Assembly: GCA_002633005.1 (NCBI GenBank)
Contig: NMRA01000080.1
Location: 911,202-975,201 of the forward strand
DNA: 64,000 bases
Direction of reading: 5' to 3'
Origin: Phoronis australis
Lineage: Eukaryota; Animalia; Phoronida
The position numbers and the translations under genes are program-made. The notes beneath the pieces are model-generated. The model saw only the letters and a program-made list of their open reading frames with translations, was not told where the DNA came from and made no database searches. Of the stretch, positions 1-11,687 are shown in pieces; the stretch's first letter is position 1, and each line of letters opens with the position of its first letter.

Positions 1-99
1 GCTGGGAAAAATTCCAAGTTATCACGAATTCGGCCAGACAACAATTCTATCTAAATTTGTTTCAAAGTTTGTACCAGTTTAGAACTTTATTTTACATAT

Positions 100-3000
100 T
101 GAGCTCACTAATTTTTCTAATTTTATTTTTAACATTTTGCTGCCTCTATGCGATCATTATATTACGGGTTCTGACAGTTTGGTGCACCTGTTTATTCATT
201 GTGATATTTTAGGGCTTTCTTAATTGGTCAGACATTATTGTTGATTTTGTGAAATCATCTATTTGCCACCACGCTTACATTACAACCGGAAGGAAACAGA
301 CGGAAATCAGAGAAATTCACCCCACCAGTCCATATAGTCGTCTGCGTTCTATGTTCATTTAATGACCCTCTGCAGACTCATACAATTATCTTTATAAACC
401 TTTTGCACTTAATGTGAGATTTCTTGAAATGGTACCACAGTGTGACATTTGTTACCTTCACGCTTGTTCATTAACTCATATTTCATAGGTTCACTTATTT
501 TTAGCCTTTTATTGCCTTGCACATCACGGAATTGTTTATTTTATGGGTTCTGTCATTATGATACACTAGCAGATTGATTGACTATGATGATTTGGGAGTT
601 TATTAATTCGTCAGGCATCAATTCAAGGCACTCTTGTGTTCAGTTCATTATACATTACTACATTCTAATTTTACTACATTCTTTTGGGGGTATTCAGATC
701 ACTCTGGTAAGTGACGGTGACCACAAATCAAGTCACCCATTTTGTTGTTCCAGTATGTTAGGCTATAAAAGGATATTTCGCACAATTCAACGAAGAAGTG
801 CAAATTTCTTTCATCACATATAGGAGACACAACACTAATTGCTCAGCGACAGCAATGAATTCCATAATCTTACAATTTGTGAAAAAGGAACCACCACTAG
901 ATGCAGCATAAATTAACTGTGATCTCAGCTAAATGCAGATTAAAACAAGTGAATGATGAATGTTGAAAAAGAAAAAATGCTGCATTGCCCATGTGCCTCA
1001 GGAAGGTGAATGAACTTTAGTTTCAGCCAGAGCGGGGTCCGTTTGTTACTTTTAAGAATACTGTAGTAAAGAAGGCTAAGGTTTTGATACCCATGTTTGA
1101 CCAATATATACCCTTGGCTTAATTTCAAGTCAGGCAGATATTCAATTCATTGTCCCCTGCTCATTCACCATCCCTACCTTCCTTTTTCACAAGTTAAATA
1201 ATCATTGATATCTCCATTTATTTTTCTAAGCATGTGTAGGCTTCTTTTCTTTGTAACATATTCTAGCTATATTAATTCTTTCAGAATTCAGTCATTATAA
1301 AGCGTTTGATGGGTTCAATCAGTTGTCCTTATTCTCATTTCCGTGAACCTTTAGTATTAGTGGGACACGTTTGGCTAAAAACACTGCAGGACTTTGAATA
1401 CTCTCACATTATCTCGTGATATTTCAATGGCCCATTGAATTTCTCATTTCATAGATTCATTTTAGCGTTTTACTTCCTTGCAATCAACACCTCTATTTAT
1501 CAGGTTCTATCATTACGCTAAACCAGTTTTATTTGTTATATTTTGGGGATTCATCATTTCTCCAAATATTATTGCACCTTTAATTTGTTCAGTTGCACGA
1601 ATCCTTCATTCGTTGCTTCACAGAGAACCAAAAAATGTAATTTTTCACCTCATTTCACGACTCCATTGGAACGGTTTCAGCTTTTAATTATAGTTGCGTT
1701 TTACACAAGGATTATTCGATTACTGCTTAGATTTGCTCATTCAACGCTTCATTAAATCACAATTTCATTTCCTTGCCTCCACTTCAAGACCCCATTAATA
1801 TGTTGAATTTCATGGGTTCTTTACCACTTGAAATATTTCTTTATCCTTGAAAGATTACGGTTAATTAATTTTTCAACTTTCAAGAACTCACAACTTTTTT
1901 ACATTTTACAAGTTATTTATTTCATTTCATGACACTATAAAGTCCTTCAATTGCCACATTTTAAAGGGCTCCAGCAAGTTGACGCGCTGTTTTCTTCAAT
2001 GATTGGTGCATTTTACCAATCAAATATTCCTACATTATTTGGGGTTGTTAAGAGCATTCTGATAATCCTTGGTGTGCACGAATCAAATTGCCCCTTTGCT
2101 CAGACAACATCATCTCTTTAACCAATTCCACATAGGGATTTCGGTTACTTCCATGTTCTATTTATTACATAATATTTCATGGGTCTCGTATTTTTGCATT
2201 TATTGGTTCAATTGTTTTTAGCCTTTTGTTCCCTCGCACTCTATGGAAACCTTTACTTTACAAGTTCTGTCATTCGTGTACACCAGTCTATTGATTGTGA
2301 TATTTTGGGGGCTTATTAAATTGTCTGACATTACTGTCCTAAGAATTTATTCTGTTTCACAAATCCTTTGAAGTATTGAAATTTAATACATTGGTTTTCA
2401 CAAAAGCAATAACTCATCATCTTTTAATGGTTTGTCAATTCAAGTCATAACATTTTTAGCTTCCAATTACACCATTAAAATATTCCTTTAATAGCAGTGC
2501 TTTACACAGGGATTAATATATTCCTGCATTTTTAGATCGTTAATTCATTGAATTTCACACTTTCATTCATTTGCGGTACTACAAGACCCCATTTGTTCCA
2601 TGCATTTCATGGGTTTCTTTACCACTGGAAATGCATGACAGGTTACAGATTCATTAGTTCATCAAATCTCATGAGTTCTTTTATTTTACAGGCCATTTAT
2701 TCTTAGGTTCATTTAATGACCCTCTGCAGACTCATTCAATTATCTTGATAAACCTTTTGCACTATATGTGAGGTTTCTTGAAATGGTACCACAGTGGGAC
2801 ATTTGTTACCTTCACGCTTGTTCATTAACTCATATTTCATAGGCTCACTTATTTTGAGCCTTTTATTGCCTTGCACACCACGGAATTGTTTATTTTATGG
2901 GTTCTGTCATTATGATACACTAGCAGATTGATTGACTATGATGCTTTGGGAGTTTATTAATTCGTCAGGCATCAATTCAAGGCACTCTTGTGTTCAGTTC

Positions 3001-6000
3001 ATTATACATTACTACATTCTAATTTTACTACATTCTTTTGGGGGTATTCAGATCACTCTGATAAGTGACGGTGAACACAAATCAAGTCACCCATTTTGTT
3101 GTTCCAGTATGTTAGGCTATAAAAGGATATTTCGCACAATTCAACGAAGAAACGCAAATTTCTTTCATCACATATTGGAGACACAACACTAATTGCTCAG
3201 CGATAGCAATGAATTCCATAATCTTACAATTTGTGAAAAAGGAACCACCACTAGATGCAGCATAAATTAACTGTGATCTCAGCTAAATGCAGATTAAAAC
3301 AAGTGAATGATGAATGTTGAAAAAGAAAAAAAGCTGCATTGCCCATGTGCCTCAGGAAGGTGAATGAACTTTAGTTTCAGCCAGAGCATGGTCCGTTTGT
3401 TACTTTTAAGAATACTGTAGTAAAGAAGGCTAAGGTTTTGATACCCATGTTTGACCAACATGTTCCCTTGGCTTAATTCAAAGTCAAGCAGATATTCAAT
3501 TCATTGTCACCTGCTCATTCACCATCCCTACCTTCCTTTTTCACAAGTTAAATAATCATTGATATCTCCATTTATTTTTCTAAGCATGTGTAGGCTTCCT
3601 TTCTTTGTAACATATTCTAGCTATATTAATTCTTTCAGAATTCAGTCATTATAAAGCGTTTGATGGGTTCAATCAGTTGTCCTTATTCTTATTTCCGTGA
3701 ACCTTTAGTATTAGTGGGACACGTTTGACTAAGAACACTGTAGGACTGAATACTCTCACATTACCTCATGATATTTCAATGGCCCATTGAATTTCTCATT
3801 TCATAGATTCATTTTTAGCGTTTTACTTCCTTGCAATCAACACCTCTGTTTATTTATCAGGTTCTATCATTACGCTAAACCAGTGTTATTTGTTATATTT
3901 TGGGGATTCTTCATTTCTCCAAATATTATTGCACCTTTAATTTGTTCAGTTGCACGAATCCTTCATTCGTTGCTTCACAGAGAACCAAAAAATGTAATTT
4001 TTCACCTCATTTAACGACTCCATTGGAACGGTTTCAGCTTTTAATTATAGTTGCGTTTTACACAGGGATTATTCGATTACTGCTTAGATTTGCTCATTCA
4101 ACGCCTCATTAAATCACAATTTCATTTCCTTGCCTGCACTTCAAGACCCCATTACTATGTTGATTGTCATGGGTTGTTTACCACTTGAAATATTTCTTTA
4201 TCCTTGAAAGATTAAGGGTCATTAATTTGTCAACTTTCAAGAACTCACAACTTTTTTACATTTTACAGGTTATTTATTTCTCTGTTCATTTCATGACACT
4301 ACAAACTCCTTCAGTTGCCACATTTCAAAGGGCTCCAGCAAGTTGACGCGCTGTTTTCTTCAATGATTGGTGCATTTTACCAATCAAATATTTCTACATT
4401 ATTTGGCGTTGTTAAGAGCAATCTGATAATTCATGGCGTGCACAAATCAAATTGCCCCTTTGCTCAGACAACATCATCTCTTGAACTAATACCACATAGG
4501 GATTTCGGTTACCCCATGTTCTATTTATTACATCATATTTCATGGGTCTCGTATTTTTGCATTTATTGGTTCAATTGTTTTTAGCCTTTTGCTCCCTCGC
4601 ACTCTATGGAAACATTTACTTTACAAGTTCTGTCATTCGTGTACACCAGTCTATTGATTGTGATATTTTGGGGGCTTATTAAATTGTCTGACATTACTGT
4701 CCTAATAATTTATTCTGTTTCACAAATCCTTTTAAGTATTGAAATTTAATGCATTGCTTTTCACAAAAGCAATAACTCATCATCTTTTAATGGTTTGTCA
4801 ATTCAAGTCATAACATTTTTAGCTTCCAATTACACCATTAAAATATTCCTTTAATAGCAGTGCTTTACACAGGGATAAATATATTCCTGCATTTTTTGAT
4901 CGTTAATTCATTGAATTTCACGCTTTCATTCATTTGCGGTACTGCAAGACCCCATTTGTTCCATGCATTTCATGGGTTTCTTAACCACTTAAAATGTTTC
5001 TTCATGTATGACAGATCATCAATCCATCGAATTTTCTGAGTTCACTTATTTTAGTATTTTACAGACCTTTTATTTCGATGTTCATTTGAAGACATTCTGC
5101 AGACTCATTCAATTGTTCCTGTTCACAGGTCTCCACTAATTCAATGCACTCATGTTTTCAATTCATGATGCATTACTCCATTCTTATTTCACTATACCTT
5201 TGGGGGTATTAAAACCATTGTGATAAGTGGTGGTGTGCACCCATTTTGTTGTTCCATCATACTATACAATGGTATATAGCATAATTCACCAAAAAAAACA
5301 AGTTGCGCTCCTCCCGTGTTGGAAACAAAATGTGGAATGTAATTGCTAATGATGAATTACATAATTTTAGTGTTTGTGAAAAAGGAACCACCACTTGATG
5401 CAGCACAAAATATAACTGTAAACCCATTAGTAAATGCAAACAACTTCTCCCAGCAGTGAATGTTTAGCATAAAAAAGAAAAAATGCTGCATTGCCCTTAG
5501 CCTCAGGATGGTGAATGAACTTTAGATTTAGCCAGAGTTGGGTCTGGAAGTTACTTTCAAGAATACCGTAATTGTAAAGAAATCTACGGTTTTGATAGCC
5601 ATGTTTGATCAACATGTTCCTTTGGGCTGAATTCAGCTATCTATTCAATTCATTGTCTCCTGCTCATTCACCACCCCTACCTTCCTTTTTCTCTTGTTAA
5701 ACAAATCATCACATCTCTGTTTATTTTAATACATTTTCGATTTCAATTTTATAACCCTTTGTAGGTTTCCTTCCTTTGTAACATATTCCAGATGTATTAA
5801 TCGATTACTTTTCAGGAATTTATTCGTTTCAGAAATTTTCAGAATTCAAGAACTCAGTGCATTAGATGGGTTCAATCAGTTGTCCCAAATATTATTTCCA
5901 TTAACATTTTATATTGGCGAGACACGTTTGACTAGCAACAGTGTAGGACTTGATTACCCTCACATTAACTCATGATACTTCATGGCCCTTTGGTTTCCCA

Positions 6001-8040
6001 TTTTAGAGGTTAGTTTAGTTTTAGCATTTTACTTCTTTGCACTCAATGCCTATGTTTATATCAGTTTCTACCATCAAGCTATTCCCGTTTTATTGTTGAT
6101 TTATCAGATATTATTGCCGTACTTCACAGGACTCCATTAATTTGATGCACTATTAATTCCTTCAATCTTTGACGTATTTCACCATTCAAGTTTCCAAACA
6201 ATCTTTGGTAATGTTCAGAGAATTCTGATAACCAATGGTGTACACAAGTCAAGCCGCCCCATTGCGATGCTCAGGCTACATTATACTTGAGGCTGTATTT
6301 AAAGTCTTTTTATGGACTCATTCAATTTTCCGAATTTACACATGATCTCAATTAACCTTTGGTATTTGTGATGTTTCTTGAATGAGTACCACATTGGGTT
6401 ACCCTCACATTTTACTTGTATTTTAACTCATATTTCATGGGTCCATTGCATTTAGCATTTTACAGGCTCATATATATTTAGTATTTTGCTTCCTCACACT
6501 GAATAGGGAAGTTCATTTTAAAGGTTCTGTCATTATGCTACACCAGCTTAATGACGGTGATATTTTTGATGATTATTAATTTGGCAGACATCATTGTACC
6601 ATTAACTTTTCTGCTCTACTAATCCTGAATTCCTTGCTTTTCACAAAGCAATAATTTGAAAGTTTGTCAATTCATCACATTTCACGACTCCAGTTATAAT
6701 ATTTTTGGCTTCCACTTTCATCATTAAACTCGTTCCTTTGATAGGTGCATTTTACACAGGGATTAATTTATTACTGCGTTTGAAGATTCATTAATTCGTG
6801 GAATTTCAGTTTCACTCACTTGTCGTACTTCAAGACTCCATTCATTCGCTGCATTTCGTGAATTCTTTATAGGTCAATCTCTCATTTTACAACTTCATTT
6901 TTCTTCGTCACAGCCTTAAGCCTTGTGATATTTTACACAATCATTAAACTTTCCCATTTCATTAGCCCATGAATATTCCACATTTCATAGTTTCGTTTGT
7001 TTTATACTGTTTTGCAGGTTTTTGTCATTAACTCGCATTTTATTGGTTTGTTAACTTACACTTGTTGGGTTCATTTATTTTTTTGCATTTAGCTTCACCA
7101 CTCAACGGTTTCAATTAGTCATAGCATTTCATGGATTCTTCAGGTTCATACCATTTCACCATTAATTTGTCACATGTTATAATTTCGTTAACCAATGACA
7201 CTTAATAATTGTCATTAGCCCACCACGCAAGACTTTACCCTGCTCAGCTTTTATTGTCTATTAACTCATTTCATGGGTCCATTGTATTCTGCATTTTACA
7301 GGCTCACTTATGTTTACCATTTTGCTTCGTCGCACTCCGTTTCACAGCCGTTCTGTCATTATGCTACACCAGCTTAACTACTGCGATATTTTTGCTCTAC
7401 TAATCCTGATTTCCTTGCTTTTGCAACGCATTTCACGACTCCAGTTATAACATTCCTGGCTTCCAATTTCATCATTAAACACATTCCTTTGATAGGTGCA
7501 TTTTACACAGGGATTAATTTATAACTGCGTTTTAAGGTTCATTAACTCACGGAATTTCAGCTTCATTCACTTGTCGTACTTCAAGACTCCATTTATTCGC
7601 AGCGTTTCATGGATTCTTCACCACTTGAAATCAATGTTTCTTTATCGATGAGATTGCAGATTCATTTAACTTTTCAAGTTCATTCATGTTTAGTATTTTA
7701 CGGCTCATAAAATCTCTGTTATTTGATGACACTCAACAGATTCATTCAATTATCGAATTTCACATGACTGCATTACCTTGATGCACCGTTTTGTTCAATT
7801 CATAATGCATTACCCCATTCAAAATTCAATAAATTCTTTTGGGGGTATTAAGACCACTCTACTTTGCTGTACCATCCTGTCATACAATGTTGCCTGGAAC
7901 AATTCAACAAAGAAGCACCAGTTGCTTTTCTCACACTCGCAACACCAAATATTACTTGTCAGCGATGACTATGAATTATATAATTTAAAACTTTGTGAAG
8001 AAAGCAGCCACAACTTGATTTAGCATATACACTATTTGGC
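100..8040. repeat. complex higher-order tandem array with a ~2.35-kb recent period and older diverged subunits
   Basis: About 351-2630 is nearly identical to about 2706-4990 (offset 2354-2357, visible in the duplicated ORF translations). More diverged, rearranged copies occur at about 5080-8030. Confidence 0.9.
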
Positions 8041-8949
8041 TTACCAATTGTTTATGAATTGATCCTCTGATAATTCATAAATTGATTACTTTCTGCAGAA
8101 TTTCTAGTTTGTCACACTTCACCCGTTTCATGACAGTCATTGGACTTATAGACAGGAAAGTTTTACTCTTTTCCAGGCGAGGACTATTCGGTTAACAAGT
8201 CATAACACTGCTCATTATTTCCCAGTAAAAACCAGAGACACCCAAGTGACATTCTTCTCATAGTTCACACTCTAGTGTTCAATAATCTCATTTCCCTCGC
8301 CTCCAGCAAAAAAATCATAATGCACTCTCAAATTTGCTGTCGTTGTCCTCTCATTCATGTTTTGCATTGTTACACTCAACCTAAACATACAGACGCACAC
8401 TCATATTACCTTGTCCATCCATACATGTCAATCATAGACGGTGATGCTGGAAGCCAGGTTGCTGATGGTAGATATAGCCATCCCCCATTCCGTCCTCCTC
8501 TTTGCTAGACTGAACGGCTGAAACTAGGCACCTCTAGTTCTCTTAATACAACGACATGTTATAACACAGCTCACGGTCTTGAAACTCACTAGGAAATTTT
8601 TTGAGAGAGTCGGGGATTGATGTTTACCTGAACACTCAGTTTGCTTGCGCCAGAGAACTCATGATTTTTGACACAACCATAGTGCACGACCATCAGTGCA
8701 TAAACAACGGTGTGGATATTTCTCAACAGACGGATGTTAAACATGTGAACAGTTCACCACGTATACAGCAGAAGTACTGAGACTGAATCAGCAGGAAGAC
8801 TTGATCACTTAGAGCTAATTCGGCCATCTCATTGGGGAATTCTTGATCAATTCATCGTATCCCTTTGCCGTGTATTATGCGATCCCAATATCAACTGTGC
8901 AGGCACCAAAGAGTGTCCATACATCAAAGCCTTCCATCTAATATCCGAA

Positions 8950-10335
8950 TAAAGACTGTTCGCACATTGACACCTGATATCAACTGTTCGCATGTCAACC
9001 ATTCACACATCGAGGAACATCCATGCACCGAGGTTCACCATCTAACACCTGCATACCGATCGTTCACATACCAAGGACCATCCACACATCGAGGATCGTC
9101 ATCTTCTCTGCACAAGCAGACTGTTTGCACACCAATGGCTGCCATCAACTGTTCACATGTCGATCTTCCAAACACCAAGAAACATCCTCGCATCAAGAAC
9201 TGTCATCTGCTGTTCGCATGCCAACCATCCACACATAGTGGAACATCCCATATCCAAGATTACCAATCAACTGTTTGCATACCGACAGCCCACATATCGT
9301 GGAACATCCATTCATTCAAGGATTGGCGTCCACTATCTATATGTGAACCTTCCCCATACCGAGAAATGTCCATGCATCGAGGATCGCAATCTTCTGTACA
9401 AATGTCAACTACCCTCACACCGATAAACATCCACTCACCAAGGTTCACCATCTACCGGCTACAAACCAACTGTTCACACAACAACATCTACCATCGGCCA
9501 TCTGCATAACAACCTTCCACACATCATGGAACATTCACACAGCTAGAACCGTCAACTACCATTAACCTACCGATCATGTGTCCACTGATGCCTGCCATCC
9601 ACCGTACGTATATTGACTGTCCCCCCACCGGGACAGTCATTATACGTACAGTCTATTGACCATATGCATATTGACTGTCCCGGTGGGAGGACAGTCAATA
9701 TGCATATGATCAAGGGCGTGCATCAATGGAAACATGATCAGCAGGAGGATGGGAGTTGAAGATCCTAGATGTGTGAACATTCCTCGATGTGAAGAAGTTC
9801 GAAATGCTGACAGACGAGGGCAGACATCGTTGCATGAACAGGTGGTTTGTAGACAGTAGAAGGTCATCCTCGATGAGTGGACACCTATCGACATGTGGAT
9901 GGCTAACATGTGTACAGAAGATGGCTATCCTCAATACATGGACATTTCTCAATATGTGGATGGTCGACACAGAGACAGTAGAGGGCAATCCTCGAATGTA
10001 TGGAAGTTCTGCAATGTGTGGGTAGCCGATATGCGAACAGTCGATGGCAATCCTGGATATGTGGATGTTCCTCTATGTGTGGATGGTTGACACGCAAACG
10101 GCAGATGACAATCCTTAATGTGGGAATGCTACTCAATGAGTGGATAATCGATATGCGAACGGCTGATAGCAGACATTGATGCGTGAACAATCAGTTTGTG
10201 AACAGAAGATGCCAATCCTCGATGTTTGGATGTTCCATTGATACGTGAATGTTCGATATGCAGACAGTAGATGGTGAACTTCAATGTGTGGACATTCCTC
10301 GGGAAGTGGATGGCTGATATGCGAACAGTCGATCC
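8950..10335. repeat. foldback-like long inverted repeat built from a ~61-bp minisatellite
   Basis: The left arm (about 8950-9600, motifs AACTGTTCGCAT and CCATCCACACATCGAGGAACATCC) is the reverse complement of the right arm (about 9715-10335, ATGCGAACAG and GGATGTTCCTC..TGTGTGGATGG). The axis is near 9653. Confidence 0.85.
9604..9713. other. two adjacent hairpins with mutually reverse-complementary loops
   Basis: 9604-9649: stem 18/19 bp, loop CCCCACCG. 9656-9713: stem 24/25 bp, loop CGGTGGGA. Confidence 0.92.
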
Positions 10336-11687
10336 AAGGCACCAACGCACGGACAATCGATATTCAGAGATTAAACAGCAATCTTCGATGTATGGACATT
10401 CGCTGGTACATGGACAGCTGACATGCGGACGGCACAGTACACACCACAGTGATCAACCAGAACGACCTGGAATTCCCCGACGTGATGACAGATATAGCGG
10501 TTATGACCATGAATTCTCTGTTCATCTGCCAAACTACTTCGGGTGTTTGTTGTGAACTGCAAAGTGAATTTACATGACAATACGAGTTACCTAAAGTTGA
10601 ATAAAATGCGTATGTTTTGGAAAGTAATTTTTTTGGTAAATTGGCACCGACACTTAGACACTGAAAATTTTAGGAAACTCTCAAGGAATTGTTACAATTG
10701 AATGTGGGCATGAGGTAAAGTGTGAGCATTTAAATGCGAAGATTTGTAAATTTGGGCAGTTGGCAATCGACCGAACTTGCCTACGAACCCATCTGAGTAT
10801 GAAGCACTGTAGACATAAAATAACTCATCTCCCAAAACTTCAGTTCATCTAAATTATGCAGGAATGTGCCACTCCTTGATGTAATTGACATGCGACTAGT
10901 CGATGACGGCAAGCGTAGAGGCAACGAAGTTCATCAATACATGTAGTAGATTGGCTGAAGGTCGATGACATGCGGCCATGGTCAGAAAGATCCAAACCTA
11001 AGAAAAAATAAGAATGGTCAATTATCCACAAGTCCACAATTACCTTACTCATCATTGGTTAGTTTTGAAACAAACAAAAAATAATCACGAACTGTGAACG
11101 ATTTTCAACCTTGTCAACATCCTTGCGAACCAAGGTTTCTCTCTAATGTATACTACATAACTTCATTCAGAAAGACCGAGTACAGTGAGTTATCTGCTAC
11201 ATGTGGGAAGGTCGTTATGAGCTTGACATCGCGATTGCCGAAATGCACAGTCAGGATGTAATGCTAACAGGTTACACAAATGCTTTTCTCGAACATATCG
11301 CACCGAATTGTTTGTACAACAGGCCACTAACTGTATCATTTCACATTAGTACTTCCTCCGCCAGCATGCCCGTTTGTTTACGTATGAAGCACTACCTTTT
11401 GACGATTCGACCACTGAGCCAATCAGATCCGCTGGTGTAAAAATTGCATTTACAAATGACGTGAGTGTCGTCTTCCCCCTAGCGGACATGCAGGGAACCA
11501 GCGATATTGAGGTCCTAGCGCTCCTGAACTAGCTTTACCTAATTTGTACTTAAGGTTATATAGGTACAAATAAAACGATAGCCGGGCTTCTGGAAAGAAT
11601 TCTAGTACAGTGAGTAGAAAATCAGAAATGACTCCAAGTTAGATGATCTCTGTGCCCGGCTTTCTTTATCAGGAAAATCGTATTTTT

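Noticed and set aside
578-8023. Duplicated short ORFs in the first 8 kb
   Set aside because: They are translations of the tandem array. Frames break differently between copies and there are no protein motifs.
8950-10335. CRISPR-like repeat-spacer array
   Set aside because: The units are degenerate along their whole length with no unique spacers. The context is eukaryotic and there are no cas genes.
8865-10356. His/Cys-rich ORFs (214 aa and overlapping), superficially zinc-finger-like
   Set aside because: Several frames on both strands are open because of the minisatellite composition. There is no regular C2H2 spacing, and the ~61-bp period is not a multiple of 3.
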